DNA from: Nitrospirota bacterium
GTDB lineage: Bacteria > Nitrospirota > UBA9217
Direction: 5' to 3'
Assembly: GCA_963749655.1 (NCBI GenBank)
Contig: CAVVOB010000035.1
Coordinates: 1 to 64,000 of the forward strand
DNA length: 64,000 nt
Positions 43,480-55,985 of this stretch are shown piece by piece. The notes under the pieces are model-generated. The model ran no database searches. It had not been told where the DNA came from and saw only the letters and a list, made by a program, of their open reading frames with translations. A program made the position numbers and the translations under genes. Within the stretch, counting starts at the first letter, position 1, and every line of letters begins with the position of its first letter.

Positions 43480-43905
43480 TTATGAAGCTGCCTTGCTCGA
43501 AAGAAATTCAGCAAGCTGTTCTCCCTGGTTCTCTTCGAGGAGGTCGAGCGCAATCGTGATCTTCCGGGTCCCGCCGTCATCGCTTCTCACCACCAGGGCG
43601 AGACGTCTCCGCGAGGGCCGCTCCACTTTCTGAATATCGCTGTAGCGGATCAAGTGCAGGCTCGTCTGGTCGATCTCGACATGGTCGTCATGGATGGTCA
43701 CCATGGGTTTCTTGCTTCTCATCTTCGTCTGAATGTAAATCATGATCCCCGTCGCCGGCAGTATGCCGAGCTTCACGTCGGCGTTTGCGTCGTCTGACAT
43801 GAAAACGATCGCGATCAGCACGAGTCCTGCTCCTATTGCGCCGTAGCTGACCCACAGCCACTGTTGAGCCAGTGCTTTACGCTGAAACAGCGCTTGTCCG
43901 ATCAT
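43480..43905 (-). CDS. Hypothetical 2-TM protein with beta-rich (bPH-like) tail
   Basis: AGGAG RBS; 2 TM, then PMVTIHDDHVEI...IRYSDIQKVE. Confidence 0.6.
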   Translation of the reverse strand: MIGQALFQRKALAQQWLWVSYGAIGAGLVLIAIVFMSDDANADVKLGILPATGIMIYIQTKMRSKKPMVTIHDDHVEIDQTSLHLIRYSDIQKVERPSRRRLALVVRSDDGGTRKITIALDLLEENQGEQLAEFLSSKAAS

Positions 43906-44045
43906 ATCGCCATCTCCTTTTTCAGCATTTCCTTTGAACTGGGCAGGGCAGCTCTCCGTTTGTTCTTGCGGGAAAAACAATCCTGTTGTCCGCTATTGTT
44001 CTCTTTCGTCATCAGCGAGGTGTCAACTCATAAGGCTGTCGGGTT

Positions 44046-46253
44046 TCACTCCTTCGCCCCTGCAGCCCGCAGGACCTGCGCCATCCCGGCATATTCTTTC
44101 TCCTTCGCAAACCGCAAGGCGGAATAGCCGCTCTTGCTCCGGGCGTTCACATTCGCGCCTTTGTCCAGGAGTAATTTCACCGCCTCCGTATGGCCCTTGG
44201 ATGCCGCATTCATCAGCGCCGTGTACCCGTTTATTTTTTTCGCATTTACGTCCGCCCCTTTTTCGAGGAGAAGTTTTATCAGTTCCGTGCGTCCAAAAAC
44301 CGATGCCCCCATCAGGGGCGTGAACCCTTCCTTCGTATGCGCGTTTACGTCTGCTCCTTTTTCAATCAGGAGTTTTGCCGCGTCGTTTTCATAGAATGTG
44401 GCGACAATAAGAGCCGTGTGGCCGTCCTGGTCATATACTGCATTAAGGTTCGCCCCCTTGCCCAGGAGCAGGTTTACCATCCCGAGCTGTCCTTTGCTTA
44501 CGGCGGCCGTCAGCGGAGTATATGTGTTCTCCTCCGACGTGTCCCTGGCCTTGCCGTTGATATCCGCGCCGTGTTCAATCAGAAAGGACACTGTTTCGGA
44601 ATTATCTCCGAAAGCCGCCCATATAAGAGCGGGCATGCCGTTATATTTATCCCGCGCGACCGCTTTCGCATCTTTACTCACAAGAGACTCGATTGCGCCC
44701 CTGTCTCCTTCCATGGTCGCCCAAAGAAGAGGAGGGACGCCCTTGATGTTCTTGGCGGCGCCGCTTTTCAAAAGGATCCGGACCGTCTTCATTTCATGAT
44801 CTTTCAGCGCATGGAGTAAAGGCGTCAGCTCTGTACTGTTCCGGATATCGAGGTTCGCGCCCTTCTCCGCCAGCAAATTGACAATATCGAAATGTTTGGC
44901 ATCGGATGCATGGAAGACGGCGGTCGCGTTTATGATATTCTTTGCATCAAGGTCGGCGCCCTTGTCGATCAGCAGTTTGACAAATTCAATGTTGCCCTTC
45001 TCTGCCGCTATCATAAGCGCCGTTGCCGCGTCGATTCTGCTCTGAGCGTTGATCTTCGCTCCTTTTTCGAGAAGAAGCCCGCCTATTTCCGGGTTTCCGC
45101 CCTCCGCTGCGAACATCAACGCGGAACAATCGCCGTCCTCGAGCTTTGCGCCCTTGTCGAGGAGATAGCGCACGAGATCCACATGTCCAAGCAGGGCTGA
45201 CAGCTTCAGGGCCGTAGTTCTTGTGCGCTCCTGTTTTTCTACATAGCTTTGTTCCCCATGGCTTTCGTCCGCAGGGGCGGCCCCATCCGCCTCGACTGCA
45301 TCGACATTGACGCCCTTTTCCACCAGGAACCGGACCCCTTCGAAATTGCCGTTCCTGGCCAGGTTGATCAACCCGGTGCCGGCATGCTCCGATTTCGGAT
45401 TGAAGACCACGCCGTTTTCCATCAATACGTTCATGGCACCTGCGTTTCCCGAACGTAAGGCGAACATGAATGCCGTCTTTCCCGCCTTATTTTTCCGGTT
45501 GATGTCGATGTTTTTTGCGATCAGATACTTGATGGATTCTGAGGTGCCACTTTGGGCGGCAAGTATAAGGACGGTATTGCCCTTCTTGTCCAGGGCTTTC
45601 ACGTCGGCCCCTTTTTCAACGAGAAGCTTTATGGTGTCCGGATTTCCGTTCTCGGCCGCCATCAGGAGAGGCGTTGCTCCGTTCATTTTCGGGTCGATCT
45701 GTGCGCCCTTCGCGAGAAGCGCCTCTGCCGTCCCGGCGAATCCGCCTGCCGCCGCAGCCGCCAGGGCCGTCCAGCCGTTCAGATATTGCTTTTTCTTCAT
45801 TTCGTCGTTGAGCGCCTGAACGGAGCGTTTGGACGCTGATTTCAGAGCGGTTATGCTGTCGGATTGCGGCTGGGTAAAGGGGCTTAAAACGGTATTTACT
45901 TCGCCGTGCATGGTTTTCCAGAATGCATCTACCGCGGCCCTGTCCATTCCCTCGACATCAATGATGGAGGCTTTGGCATTCGGGTCAGCGCCCTTCTCCA
46001 GCAGAAGCTTCACGACTTCGGTGCGGCCCCGGGACGCCGCGATCATCAGGACCGTACAGTCTTTGCACTCGGCGGTGGCGGTCCTTGTGTCCGGCTTCGC
46101 TCCTTTTTCCAGAAGCGCGGCCACCCCAGCGACATCGCCGCCGCCCGCCGCTGCCGTCAATTGATCGCCGATGGATGCTCCAAACACCGTGAGCGGCGAA
46201 AGACAAAGGAAAACCACTGCGATACACATTCGTTTCATTGAAGGCCTCCTCAT
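44046..46253 (-). CDS. Exported ankyrin-repeat protein
   Basis: Signal peptide; many G.T(P/A)L..A...G....VKLLLEKGADVNA repeats. Confidence 0.95.
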   Translation of the reverse strand: MRRPSMKRMCIAVVFLCLSPLTVFGASIGDQLTAAAGGGDVAGVAALLEKGAKPDTRTATAECKDCTVLMIAASRGRTEVVKLLLEKGADPNAKASIIDVEGMDRAAVDAFWKTMHGEVNTVLSPFTQPQSDSITALKSASKRSVQALNDEMKKKQYLNGWTALAAAAAGGFAGTAEALLAKGAQIDPKMNGATPLLMAAENGNPDTIKLLVEKGADVKALDKKGNTVLILAAQSGTSESIKYLIAKNIDINRKNKAGKTAFMFALRSGNAGAMNVLMENGVVFNPKSEHAGTGLINLARNGNFEGVRFLVEKGVNVDAVEADGAAPADESHGEQSYVEKQERTRTTALKLSALLGHVDLVRYLLDKGAKLEDGDCSALMFAAEGGNPEIGGLLLEKGAKINAQSRIDAATALMIAAEKGNIEFVKLLIDKGADLDAKNIINATAVFHASDAKHFDIVNLLAEKGANLDIRNSTELTPLLHALKDHEMKTVRILLKSGAAKNIKGVPPLLWATMEGDRGAIESLVSKDAKAVARDKYNGMPALIWAAFGDNSETVSFLIEHGADINGKARDTSEENTYTPLTAAVSKGQLGMVNLLLGKGANLNAVYDQDGHTALIVATFYENDAAKLLIEKGADVNAHTKEGFTPLMGASVFGRTELIKLLLEKGADVNAKKINGYTALMNAASKGHTEAVKLLLDKGANVNARSKSGYSALRFAKEKEYAGMAQVLRAAGAKE

Positions 46254-46652
46254 CGTGTGGTTTGCACCCGTGCTGCAGGCTTGATCGTTTGTTTGATGTT
46301 CAAGGTAGTGCCGCTAGCATATGAACAATGTTTCTCTCACCAACCCTGTTCGAGCGCCGCTGTTTATGAGTGGGCGACAGCGCCCTGTCGGTAAAGACCA
46401 GGATTTCTATCGAGGGATACAGGTTCTTGATGGTTGTGATGGCATCGTAACGCGGCTGCAGGGTGTTTACGGCATTCAGACTACAGGAATAAAAAGCGAA
46501 AAGCAATAGTCCTAGAAGGGTATTTTAAGGGTAGAAGAGGCAAGTCGCAATTCAGAGGCTGTCAGCTCGCAGCGGTCAGCTTGTTGCTTAATATCCAGTC
46601 CGCAAGCCGGAAGCACGACGGTTTCTCCTGACTCCCGGCAGTGCTCAGGGCC

Positions 46653-48138
46653 TTACCCTTTCGCCACCCGGATGAGCGTATTGTTCTCGTTCATGCCGTC
46701 GATGATGGCGCCGAGGCCGGCCATGTTCTGCAGGTAGTCGATGGCGTCCCGGGAGATCTCCTCTCCGGGGACGAGGAGCGGGATGCCGGGAGGGTAGACG
46801 GTCACGATCTCGGTCGAAACCCTTCCCGCGGAATGATTGACGCTCACCAGCTCGCTGTCGGAATAGAAGGCCTTGCGCGGGGTCATGGCAAAGCGGTTCT
46901 GGAGCATGGGAGGATGGACCTTGTCCAGGGGGAGCAGGGCGCCCTGGAGTCCCGTTTCAGCGGAAATCACCTGCAGCGCCTCGACAAGGCGGTTCAGGTC
47001 GTCCTGCCGGTCGCCGATCGAGACGATCACCAAGACGTGAAAGGGATCGGCCATCTCGACCTGGATCCCGAAGCGGTTGTTCAGCACATGGGAGACGTGG
47101 TAGCCCGACAGCCCGAGGTCCGAGACCGTGATCGTGAGCTTGGTCACGTCCATGTCGGCCATGCCCACCTGTTTTGCCCGGTCCTTGCCGAAGCAGGAGA
47201 TGCCGGGGATCTTGTCGATCGCGGCCCTGGCGTCTTCGGCCAGCTTGATCGTCCGGTTCAGGAGCTTTTTCCCCTCCGTGGCCATCTGCATGCGCGCCAG
47301 GTCGAGGGACGCCATGAGGATGTAGGACGGGCTGGTCGTCTGGAGGAGCTTCAGGGTGTTGGTGACGTCGTCGATGTTGATCCTGCCCGCTTTCGCGTGG
47401 AGCATGGACGCCTGGGTCATGCCGCCCACGATCTTGTGGGTCGACTGGACGCACATGTCCGCTCCGGCCTCCAGGGCGCACATGAGGGAGCTTGGAATTG
47501 AACTTGAGGTGCGGGCCGTGCGCTTCGTCTACGAAGACCAGGAGGCCCTTCTCGCGCGCGTAGGGGATGATCCTCTCGATGTCCGCGCAGAGTCCGTAGT
47601 AGTTCGGGCTGGTGATGAGCAGCGCCCGGGCGCCCGGATTGTCGTCGATGGCGGCCCTGGCCGCCTCGAAGGTGATGTTCAGGGTCATTTTGAGATCGCG
47701 GTCGAAAACCGGCTGGAAAAAGATCGGCTGGGCCCCGCTCATGATGAGCCCGGTCAGAACGGACCGGTGGCAGTTCCTGGCGATCAGGACCTTGTCCCCG
47801 GGTCCGGTCATGGACGCGACCATGGCATGGTTGCCGACGGTCGTTCCGTTCACCAGGAAATAGGACCGGTCCGCCCCGGCTGCTTTGGCGGCCAGTTCCT
47901 GGGCTTCCTTGATCACGCCGGTGGGGTTCTGCAGGGAGTCTACTTCGTCGAGGGTCGTCAGGTCGATGGAAAATATTCTGGGCCCCACGAACTTGCGGAA
48001 CCGGGTGGAAATGCCCTTGCCGCTCTTGTGTCCGGGGGTATGGAAGGAAACCTTGCGGCTCTCCGCAAGATTGACCATGGCGTCAAACAGGGGTGTGCGG
48101 AACTGCTCATCCTCGAATCGTGAAGGAGGAGGATTCAT
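46653..48138 (-). CDS. PLP-dependent Orn/Lys/Arg decarboxylase (Bacillus SpeA-like); frameshift near 47485
   Basis: FHTPGHK, FLVNGTT, RNCHRS, PNYYG, VDEAHG; QSTHK (PLP lysine), TTSPSY, YPPGIP. Confidence 0.92.
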
Positions 48139-48143
48139 GGCCT

Positions 48144-49064
48144 CTAGTGGTACGTGAAGAGGGGGGCGTTGTCCTCTATGATCTTCGTCTCTTCAGCCAT
48201 GGCTTTGCGTATATGCTTGGGGAGCATATACATGCCCTGGTTCGTGATGCCGTCATAGTACCGGCACTCGCCCTTGATCCGCTTCTTGATCAGTTCATCC
48301 ACGTGCTGGGGCGTGAACTTGCTCGGGTCGAGGTTCTTGGAAGCCAGGGTGAAGCCCCAGGGAAGACCGAATGACGGGATGCACACGTTGTAAGGGGTCA
48401 CCACGGGGAAAACGGCGTTGAGTGTCTTGTTTACGGCCGTGAAGTTCAAAAGCTGGTGCAGGGCCGTGGTGCCGGCCTGGAGGGCGATGGTGCCGTCCGG
48501 CGTGAGACGCTCTTTTACGATCTCGTAGAACTCGCGGGTGAACAGGAGGTAGGCGGGGCCTTCCTCGACCGGTTCGGAAATATCGATGATAATGGCATCA
48601 TAGCTGTCGGTGGTTTCTTCCAGGTACTTGCGGGCGTCCATGTACCGGAGGTCGGTCCGCGGATCGTCGAATGCGCCCTGGTGCCACTCGGGCAGCAGTT
48701 CCTTGGACTTTTCAACCACTTCCTGGTCTATGTCCACCATCATGCAGTACTCGACGCTCTTGTGGCGGAGCACTTCGCGCAGCGTGGCGCCTTCGCCGCC
48801 GCCGACGATAAAGACCCGTTTGGGGTTCGGATGGGTCAAAAGAGCAGGATGGACCAGTGCCTCATGGTAAATGAACTCGTCGGTGAGGGACGACTGCATC
48901 TTGCCGTCCAGAACGAGGCACCGGCCGTAGCTCCCGCTTTCCATGATTTCCATGTTCTGGTACTTGGTCTGGCTCGCGTAATGAATGGTACGAATCCCGT
49001 GGATATGGCCTTCCTGGGGACTCGTATATTCGATGAACCACTTGTAGCTCTTGGGTTCGATCAT
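48144..49064 (-). CDS. speE: Spermidine synthase / polyamine aminopropyltransferase
   Basis: LVLDG, DEFIYHEALVHP, VFIVGGGEGATLREV, VDID, YDAIIID. Confidence 0.95.
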   Translation of the reverse strand: MIEPKSYKWFIEYTSPQEGHIHGIRTIHYASQTKYQNMEIMESGSYGRCLVLDGKMQSSLTDEFIYHEALVHPALLTHPNPKRVFIVGGGEGATLREVLRHKSVEYCMMVDIDQEVVEKSKELLPEWHQGAFDDPRTDLRYMDARKYLEETTDSYDAIIIDISEPVEEGPAYLLFTREFYEIVKERLTPDGTIALQAGTTALHQLLNFTAVNKTLNAVFPVVTPYNVCIPSFGLPWGFTLASKNLDPSKFTPQHVDELIKKRIKGECRYYDGITNQGMYMLPKHIRKAMAEETKIIEDNAPLFTYH

Positions 49065-49462
49065 GCGGTGACCAGTTCGGCCTGCGCCATGGGTTTATGG
49101 GGAAGCTTTGCCTGGCCCAGGATGCCCCGCTTCATCTCGATGATGGAGGGGTTTTTGGATTCGAATTTTTCGATCAGGAATTTTGCGGCGACCCGGGGGT
49201 CGATAAGGTCTCCGCAGGTGAAGACATCGACGGCAGCATAGCCGTATTCCGGCCAGGTGTGGATGGCAAGGTGGGATTCGGCGATGACCACCATCCCGCT
49301 GATGCCAAAGGGGCTGAATTCGTGGAAAGCGACTTCAACAATGGTCGCCTTTGCCTCAAGGGCTGCATTTTTGAGTGTTTCCTGTACAAACTCTAAGTTG
49401 CCCAGGGTTTTGGAGTTGCATTCCCGCAGCTCCAACAAGAGGTGAGTCCCCAACGCGTGCAA
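49061..49462 (-). CDS. speD: S-adenosylmethionine decarboxylase proenzyme
   Basis: AAGGAGG then TTG at 49462; GTHLLLE, FHEFSPFGISG, AESHLAIHTWPE, AVDVFTCG. Confidence 0.95.
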   Translation of the reverse strand: MHALGTHLLLELRECNSKTLGNLEFVQETLKNAALEAKATIVEVAFHEFSPFGISGMVVIAESHLAIHTWPEYGYAAVDVFTCGDLIDPRVAAKFLIEKFESKNPSIIEMKRGILGQAKLPHKPMAQAELVTA

Positions 49463-49483
49463 CCTGTTTACCTCCTTCTCCGC

Positions 49484-49590
49484 CCGCCGAACCAACTTCT
49501 CCCTGTTCGGGAGATCCTGCGAGCACCGCCCTCCGTTCCCACGGAAGGGATTGCTGTTCGAATCCAACCCGCCTCGACTTCAGACGGCGC
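49484..49590 (-). ncRNA. Candidate structured cis-regulatory leader (SAM-I-like four-way junction) of the speD operon
   Basis: Four helices found by eye, AGCAAUC...GGUGCU P3-like motif, located between a TTGACA element (49637-49642) and the RBS. Confidence 0.5.
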
Positions 49591-50010
49591 CAACAACATC
49601 AAAAACTAGTTTTCATTTATCAAAATTACAACTCTTTGTCAAGAATAAAAACTCTCGGGCCTCATTTTTTTTCGAGAGCGTCCGGCGTCGCGCTGAGACT
49701 GCCCGGGAAATCCCTCCGACGCGGCGCGAACAGCGTCTTCGGGACCATTTTTTTGAAGCGCAATATACTCTTTTTTACATCAATTGCAAGAGAAAATTAG
49801 CGGAGGAGAAAAAAAACTTTACAACCATCCCCGACTGACTTAAAATGCCTTTCACGCAGAGACCGCGAAGACGCAGAGAGCTTTAGCGCGGAGCCGGCGA
49901 AAGGGGGAATCGGAGAGTGCAGGCGACCGCCGGAATTTTCACGCTGTTGCTCCGGTTTCCCCTTGCGTACTCCGTATCCGGTAAATTTCGTTTTGTTTCA
50001 GGAGGCTTTC

Positions 50011-50673
50011 ATGTCATCCGGCCAAAAAGGCTTCGTCGAAATCGCTTCCGTGCTCGTCAATCCCGAGATCTTCACCCGTCCCTACACCTGCGACGTGGAA
50101 AAATACGGCTGCAAGTCCATGTGCTGCTACCGGTCCTGCATCGTGCCTCCCCAGGAGGCGGAAAAGGTCGAGAAGCACCTCGACGGGATCCTCGCCTACC
50201 TGTCCCCGGAGAACCGCGAGGCGATCAAAAAGAACGGGTCCATCCTCGGAAACTGCAAGACCCAGTGCCCCACGGGCTGCGTGATCCACGAGGACGAGGC
50301 CCAGGCCATCCGCCGGAACTTCGGCGGCCAGGACTTCCGCTGCGTGCTGCTGTTCAACAACGACTGCGCCCTGATCTACACCAACAAGGAGGGCATGCGG
50401 TACTGCAGCGTGCACAGCTACGCCATCGAAAAGGGCATGGTCTGGGAGGAGTTCAAGTTCGCCGACTGTGTCCAGTACCCCCTTTCCTTCTATACGACCG
50501 AGGGCGGGAAGAAGGTGCTCTCGATCCAGGACACGCCTTTCCTGAGCCATATCAAGTGCATGACCGATCCATCCGGCGAACCCATGTATAAGAGCCTCAA
50601 GAGGACCATCGAGACCTACATGGGCAAGGATTTCTATAAAGCGCTGGAAGCGTACGCGGCAAAGAGAAAGTAA
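50011..50673 (+). CDS. DUF3109-like Cys-rich protein
   Basis: AGGAGG-ATG; IFT..Y.CD...CK..CC, CAL, YCSVHSYA, KFADCVQYP. Confidence 0.65.
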   Translation: MSSGQKGFVEIASVLVNPEIFTRPYTCDVEKYGCKSMCCYRSCIVPPQEAEKVEKHLDGILAYLSPENREAIKKNGSILGNCKTQCPTGCVIHEDEAQAIRRNFGGQDFRCVLLFNNDCALIYTNKEGMRYCSVHSYAIEKGMVWEEFKFADCVQYPLSFYTTEGGKKVLSIQDTPFLSHIKCMTDPSGEPMYKSLKRTIETYMGKDFYKALEAYAAKRK

Positions 50674-50736
50674 TGCATAGATTGTGCATTTTTACTCATC
50701 TTTGGTTGTCCGGCAGCTCTGCTATAATTTGAACCT

Positions 50737-51492
50737 ATGGGTAACCTCTTCCTCAGTTTCACTATCGCGATCGGCGGGGCCATCGGTGTGGTGACCCTCA
50801 GCCGTGTACTCGATTTCGACTCCTACATCAGCAAGATACTTCCCATCGTCCCTCTTTTCTACGCCATCATCTATGAGCTCCTTGACCGCAAGAAGGCCAG
50901 AAAAGCGGGCAGGGCCGCTGTTCCCGCCCCGGCGGAAGGCGTAAAGGCCGCCCCAACCAATATCGAGGCGGGCATTTCTGCCGGCAAGATCATCGTAGAC
51001 GTGGCCGTGAGCTTCGTGGTGAAATTTGCCGCTGAAATATTTCTGGTTGCCCTGTTCATCCGCCTGAGCGGCCGGCCCTTCACCGAGATCTACGGGTCCT
51101 TCAGCATCGAAACCATGGCCACGTTCCTCAAGGGAGAACATCCCTGGCTCGGCGACAGGGAGGGGATCTATCTCCTTGCCCTGGTTGCCATCCTGTCAAG
51201 CTTCGCAACGGGCGTCTGGATCGGGAATACTTCGAAGGGCAATGCAATCCTGGAGGGCGTCCTTGCAGGCGCCTTCGTCACGCTCGTCAGCACCATGACC
51301 AGCATGCTCGTCCTTTACCGCACGATCGAGGAGACGACCGTCAGGCTTGCCGATTCCATGGGCTATGCCTTCCATGCCGGCTTCCTCATCGTCATCGCGG
51401 TCCAGGTGCTGCTTTACGGCCTCTGGAGCGGGCTGTCGCAGAATGCGAAACAGGAGCGCGGAGCGAGAAAAACGCGGAGAGCGCGGAAGTAG
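50737..51492 (+). CDS. Hypothetical multi-pass membrane protein
   Basis: About six hydrophobic segments; host-like codon usage. Confidence 0.7.
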   Translation: MGNLFLSFTIAIGGAIGVVTLSRVLDFDSYISKILPIVPLFYAIIYELLDRKKARKAGRAAVPAPAEGVKAAPTNIEAGISAGKIIVDVAVSFVVKFAAEIFLVALFIRLSGRPFTEIYGSFSIETMATFLKGEHPWLGDREGIYLLALVAILSSFATGVWIGNTSKGNAILEGVLAGAFVTLVSTMTSMLVLYRTIEETTVRLADSMGYAFHAGFLIVIAVQVLLYGLWSGLSQNAKQERGARKTRRARK

Positions 51493-51649
51493 CCTCCCCC
51501 TGCCGATTCACCGCGGCCGCCGAACAGGCGGCCGTCCCTGCCTGACATGTTCAACGGAACAAGTATGAAATGATCCTGAGGCGGCATTTACACGGGGCCG
51601 GTGCGGAGGGGGCTTTTGTGTTCATGGAAATCGCGATTGCGGCGGGTTT

Positions 51650-52135
51650 CTAGGCAAATCGTCTTGCTTCGACGAAGGACTTTTTCCAGTAGGGGTCCTG
51701 CAGGCTGTTCTTCCGGACCTTCTGTCCCGAGCTGGGAGCGTGGATAAAGGTGTCATGGCCGATATAGATGCCGACGTGGGAATATCGTTTCCCGTTTTCG
51801 TTAAAGAACAGGAGGTCGCCCCGCTTCATTTTGCCCGGGCTGACCGGGACGGTCGTGCTTCTGAGCGCTTTCGTGCCGTGAGGCACGTTCAGGCCTGCAG
51901 CGAGAAAGCTGTACTGCACCAGGCCGCTGCAGTCGAACCCCTCGGGACTGTCTCCCCGGTACTTGTAAGGCCTGCCTATCATGGAAAGGGCGGTCTTTAC
52001 CGCCTTTTCGCCGATGGCGGGAGTGTAGCCGGTGACGGGCTTTATCGGGGCCGAGAAGCAGGCGGGGAGCGCCATGAAAAGGCAGAGGATGACGGCGAGC
52101 GCAGGCAGGCGGCGCCCTTTTTCCGGATCAAGCAT
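51650..52135 (-). CDS. NlpC/P60 (C40) peptidase, probable lipoprotein
   Basis: IGRPYKYRG, GFDCSGLV, GDLLFF, HVGIY, FIHA; LPAC lipobox-like motif. Confidence 0.93.
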   Translation of the reverse strand: MLDPEKGRRLPALAVILCLFMALPACFSAPIKPVTGYTPAIGEKAVKTALSMIGRPYKYRGDSPEGFDCSGLVQYSFLAAGLNVPHGTKALRSTTVPVSPGKMKRGDLLFFNENGKRYSHVGIYIGHDTFIHAPSSGQKVRKNSLQDPYWKKSFVEARRFA

Positions 52136-52182
52136 GTCGGCATTGTAGTGTTTTGCGGCGAGCTTGTCAATGATCCGCCGCC

Positions 52183-53310
52183 TCAGTACGTGGAGGCGGG
52201 CTCGTCCTTGTAATGCTCGTAGATCTTTTCAAAGGTCTTGTGGGTGTCCTTGAAGACCTCGATCAGCTTCGGGTCGAAATGGCGCGGACCCATCCGCTCG
52301 TTTCCCTCGACCATGATGCGGTACGACATGACGTAGTCGAAGGGGGGCTTGTAGGGCCGGATGCTTCGCAGGGCGTCGTACTGGTCCGCGAAGGCCGTGA
52401 TCCTGCCTTCGAGGGGGATCTCCTCTCCCTTGAGTCCCGCCGGATACCCGCTTCCGTCCCAGCGCTCGTGGTGGTTTATGGCGATGGTCTCCGCCATCCT
52501 GAGGTATTCGGAGGTCGAGCCCTGCAGGATCTTTCCGCCGATGATCGTGTGGGTCTTGACCAGGGCCAGCTCCTCGGGCGAGAGCGCGGCGGGCTTGAGC
52601 AGGATGTCGGAGGGGATGCCGATCTTCCCGATGTCGTGCATGGGAGACGCGTATTTGATCGTCTCCACCTGCTCATCCGACCAGCCGAGCTGTTTTGCGA
52701 TATGGGCGCAGCACAGGCCCACCCGTTTGATATGGGAGACCGTGGCCTCGTCCTTGTACTCGGCCACGACGGTCAGCCGGAAGATCGTGTCCAGGTAGCT
52801 CACCTTCAGCTTCCGCTGCGAACGCTGACGATGTCCTGGAGCGCGGCATTCAGCTCGAAGGTCTTTTTCTCGGTCTCCGCCTTGAGACGGCCCGCATGGT
52901 CTTTCAGGAAGTCCTCGAACTCCTTGATGCCGAAGCAGGTTCCTCGTCCTGATCGTCACTTCGGTGCCGTCGATGGGTTTGGTCAGAAAATCGTTTGCTC
53001 CCGCTTCGAGCGCCTTGAGCTTGGAGGCCTTGTCGTCGAGCGCCGTCACCATGACGATCGGGATGTGCCGCGTGTCGAGGTTGTCCTTCAGGAGCTTGCA
53101 GACGGCGTACCCGTCCAGCTCCGGCATCATGATGTCGAGGAAGATCAGGTCCGGATCGAAGGACGACGGTCTTGAGAATGGCCTCCTTGCCGTCCTTCGC
53201 CGTCTCGAAAACACCGTGAAAGGTTCTTCAGGATCGACGGAAATGAGCCGGTGGTTCTTCTCCTCGTCATCGACAATCAGGATCCTCGGTTGTTTATGTG
53301 CGTCCGTCAT
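52183..53310 (-). CDS. REC-HD-GYP c-di-GMP phosphodiesterase (with compensating frameshifts)
   Basis: ILIVDD, LDIMMP, FLTKP; MHDIGKIG, HHERWDGSGYP, ADQYDAL, RPYK. Confidence 0.9.
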   Translation of the reverse strand: MTDAHKQPRILIVDDEEKNHRLISVDPEEPFTVFSRRRRTARRPFSRPSSFDPDLIFLDIMMPELDGYAVCKLLKDNLDTRHIPIVMVTALDDKASKLKALEAGANDFLTKPIDGTEVTIRTRNLLRHQGVRGLPERPCGPSQGGDREKDLRAECRAPGHRQRSQRKLKVSYLDTIFRLTVVAEYKDEATVSHIKRVGLCCAHIAKQLGWSDEQVETIKYASPMHDIGKIGIPSDILLKPAALSPEELALVKTHTIIGGKILQGSTSEYLRMAETIAINHHERWDGSGYPAGLKGEEIPLEGRITAFADQYDALRSIRPYKPPFDYVMSYRIMVEGNERMGPRHFDPKLIEVFKDTHKTFEKIYEHYKDEPASTY

Positions 53311-53418
53311 CATACCTCCCATTACCTGCCTGATCACTGCTGCCTGCGGTCGTATTTCCGGCCGTCGGAGTAAATTCCCGTTATCGCTGTTTATCCGGCG
53401 CCGCAGCCCCCCTACCCG

Positions 53419-55679
<2,261 letters not shown>

Positions 55680-55778
55680 GCCGTGCTTTCAGTATAACTC
55701 CGTGGCCGGGTCTGCTGCAGAGTGTACAGATTGTAACATAATCAGGTTCCGATGCAACTGAAAACAGCCACAAACCGC

Positions 55779-55807
55779 TTGACCCTTTCGGGTCACCCTG
55801 TTATATT
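55779..55807 (+). promoter_or_regulatory. Putative sigma70 promoter of the RACo gene
   Basis: TTGACC, 17 bp spacer, TGnTATATT. Confidence 0.6.
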
Positions 55808-55837
55808 CCGTGAAGGTACACACGAAAGACAGCTCGT

Positions 55838-55946
55838 AACCACAGATGAACACAGATTAACACTGATAGAAGCAGGTAAAGAAAAAATTTAAACGTGACT
55901 TTGCCGCTGTTTTTTCATCTGTGTCAATCTGTGTTTATCTGTGGTT
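55838..55946. repeat. Inverted pair of 10-mer CACAGAT arrays in a 5' leader
   Basis: aaccacagatgaacacagattaacactgata ... tcatctgtgtcaatctgtgtttatctgtggtt. Confidence 0.85.
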
Positions 55947-55985
55947 CCAGATATTTTTTTTGATCCAGCGAAAGGAGCTGCAGAG

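Noticed and set aside
32448-46253. Accessory minus-strand block as a second integron array or prophage
   Set aside because: No attC-like hairpins between genes and no integrase or phage structural genes
46300-46509. Small ORFs upstream of the ankyrin gene
   Set aside because: Short, overlapping on opposite strands, with no RBS or recognisable homology
49545-49575. tRNA gene or fragment suggested by GGATTCGAA/GTTCGAATCC
   Set aside because: A T-loop-like motif is present, but no cloverleaf with acceptor stem and anticodon arm could be built
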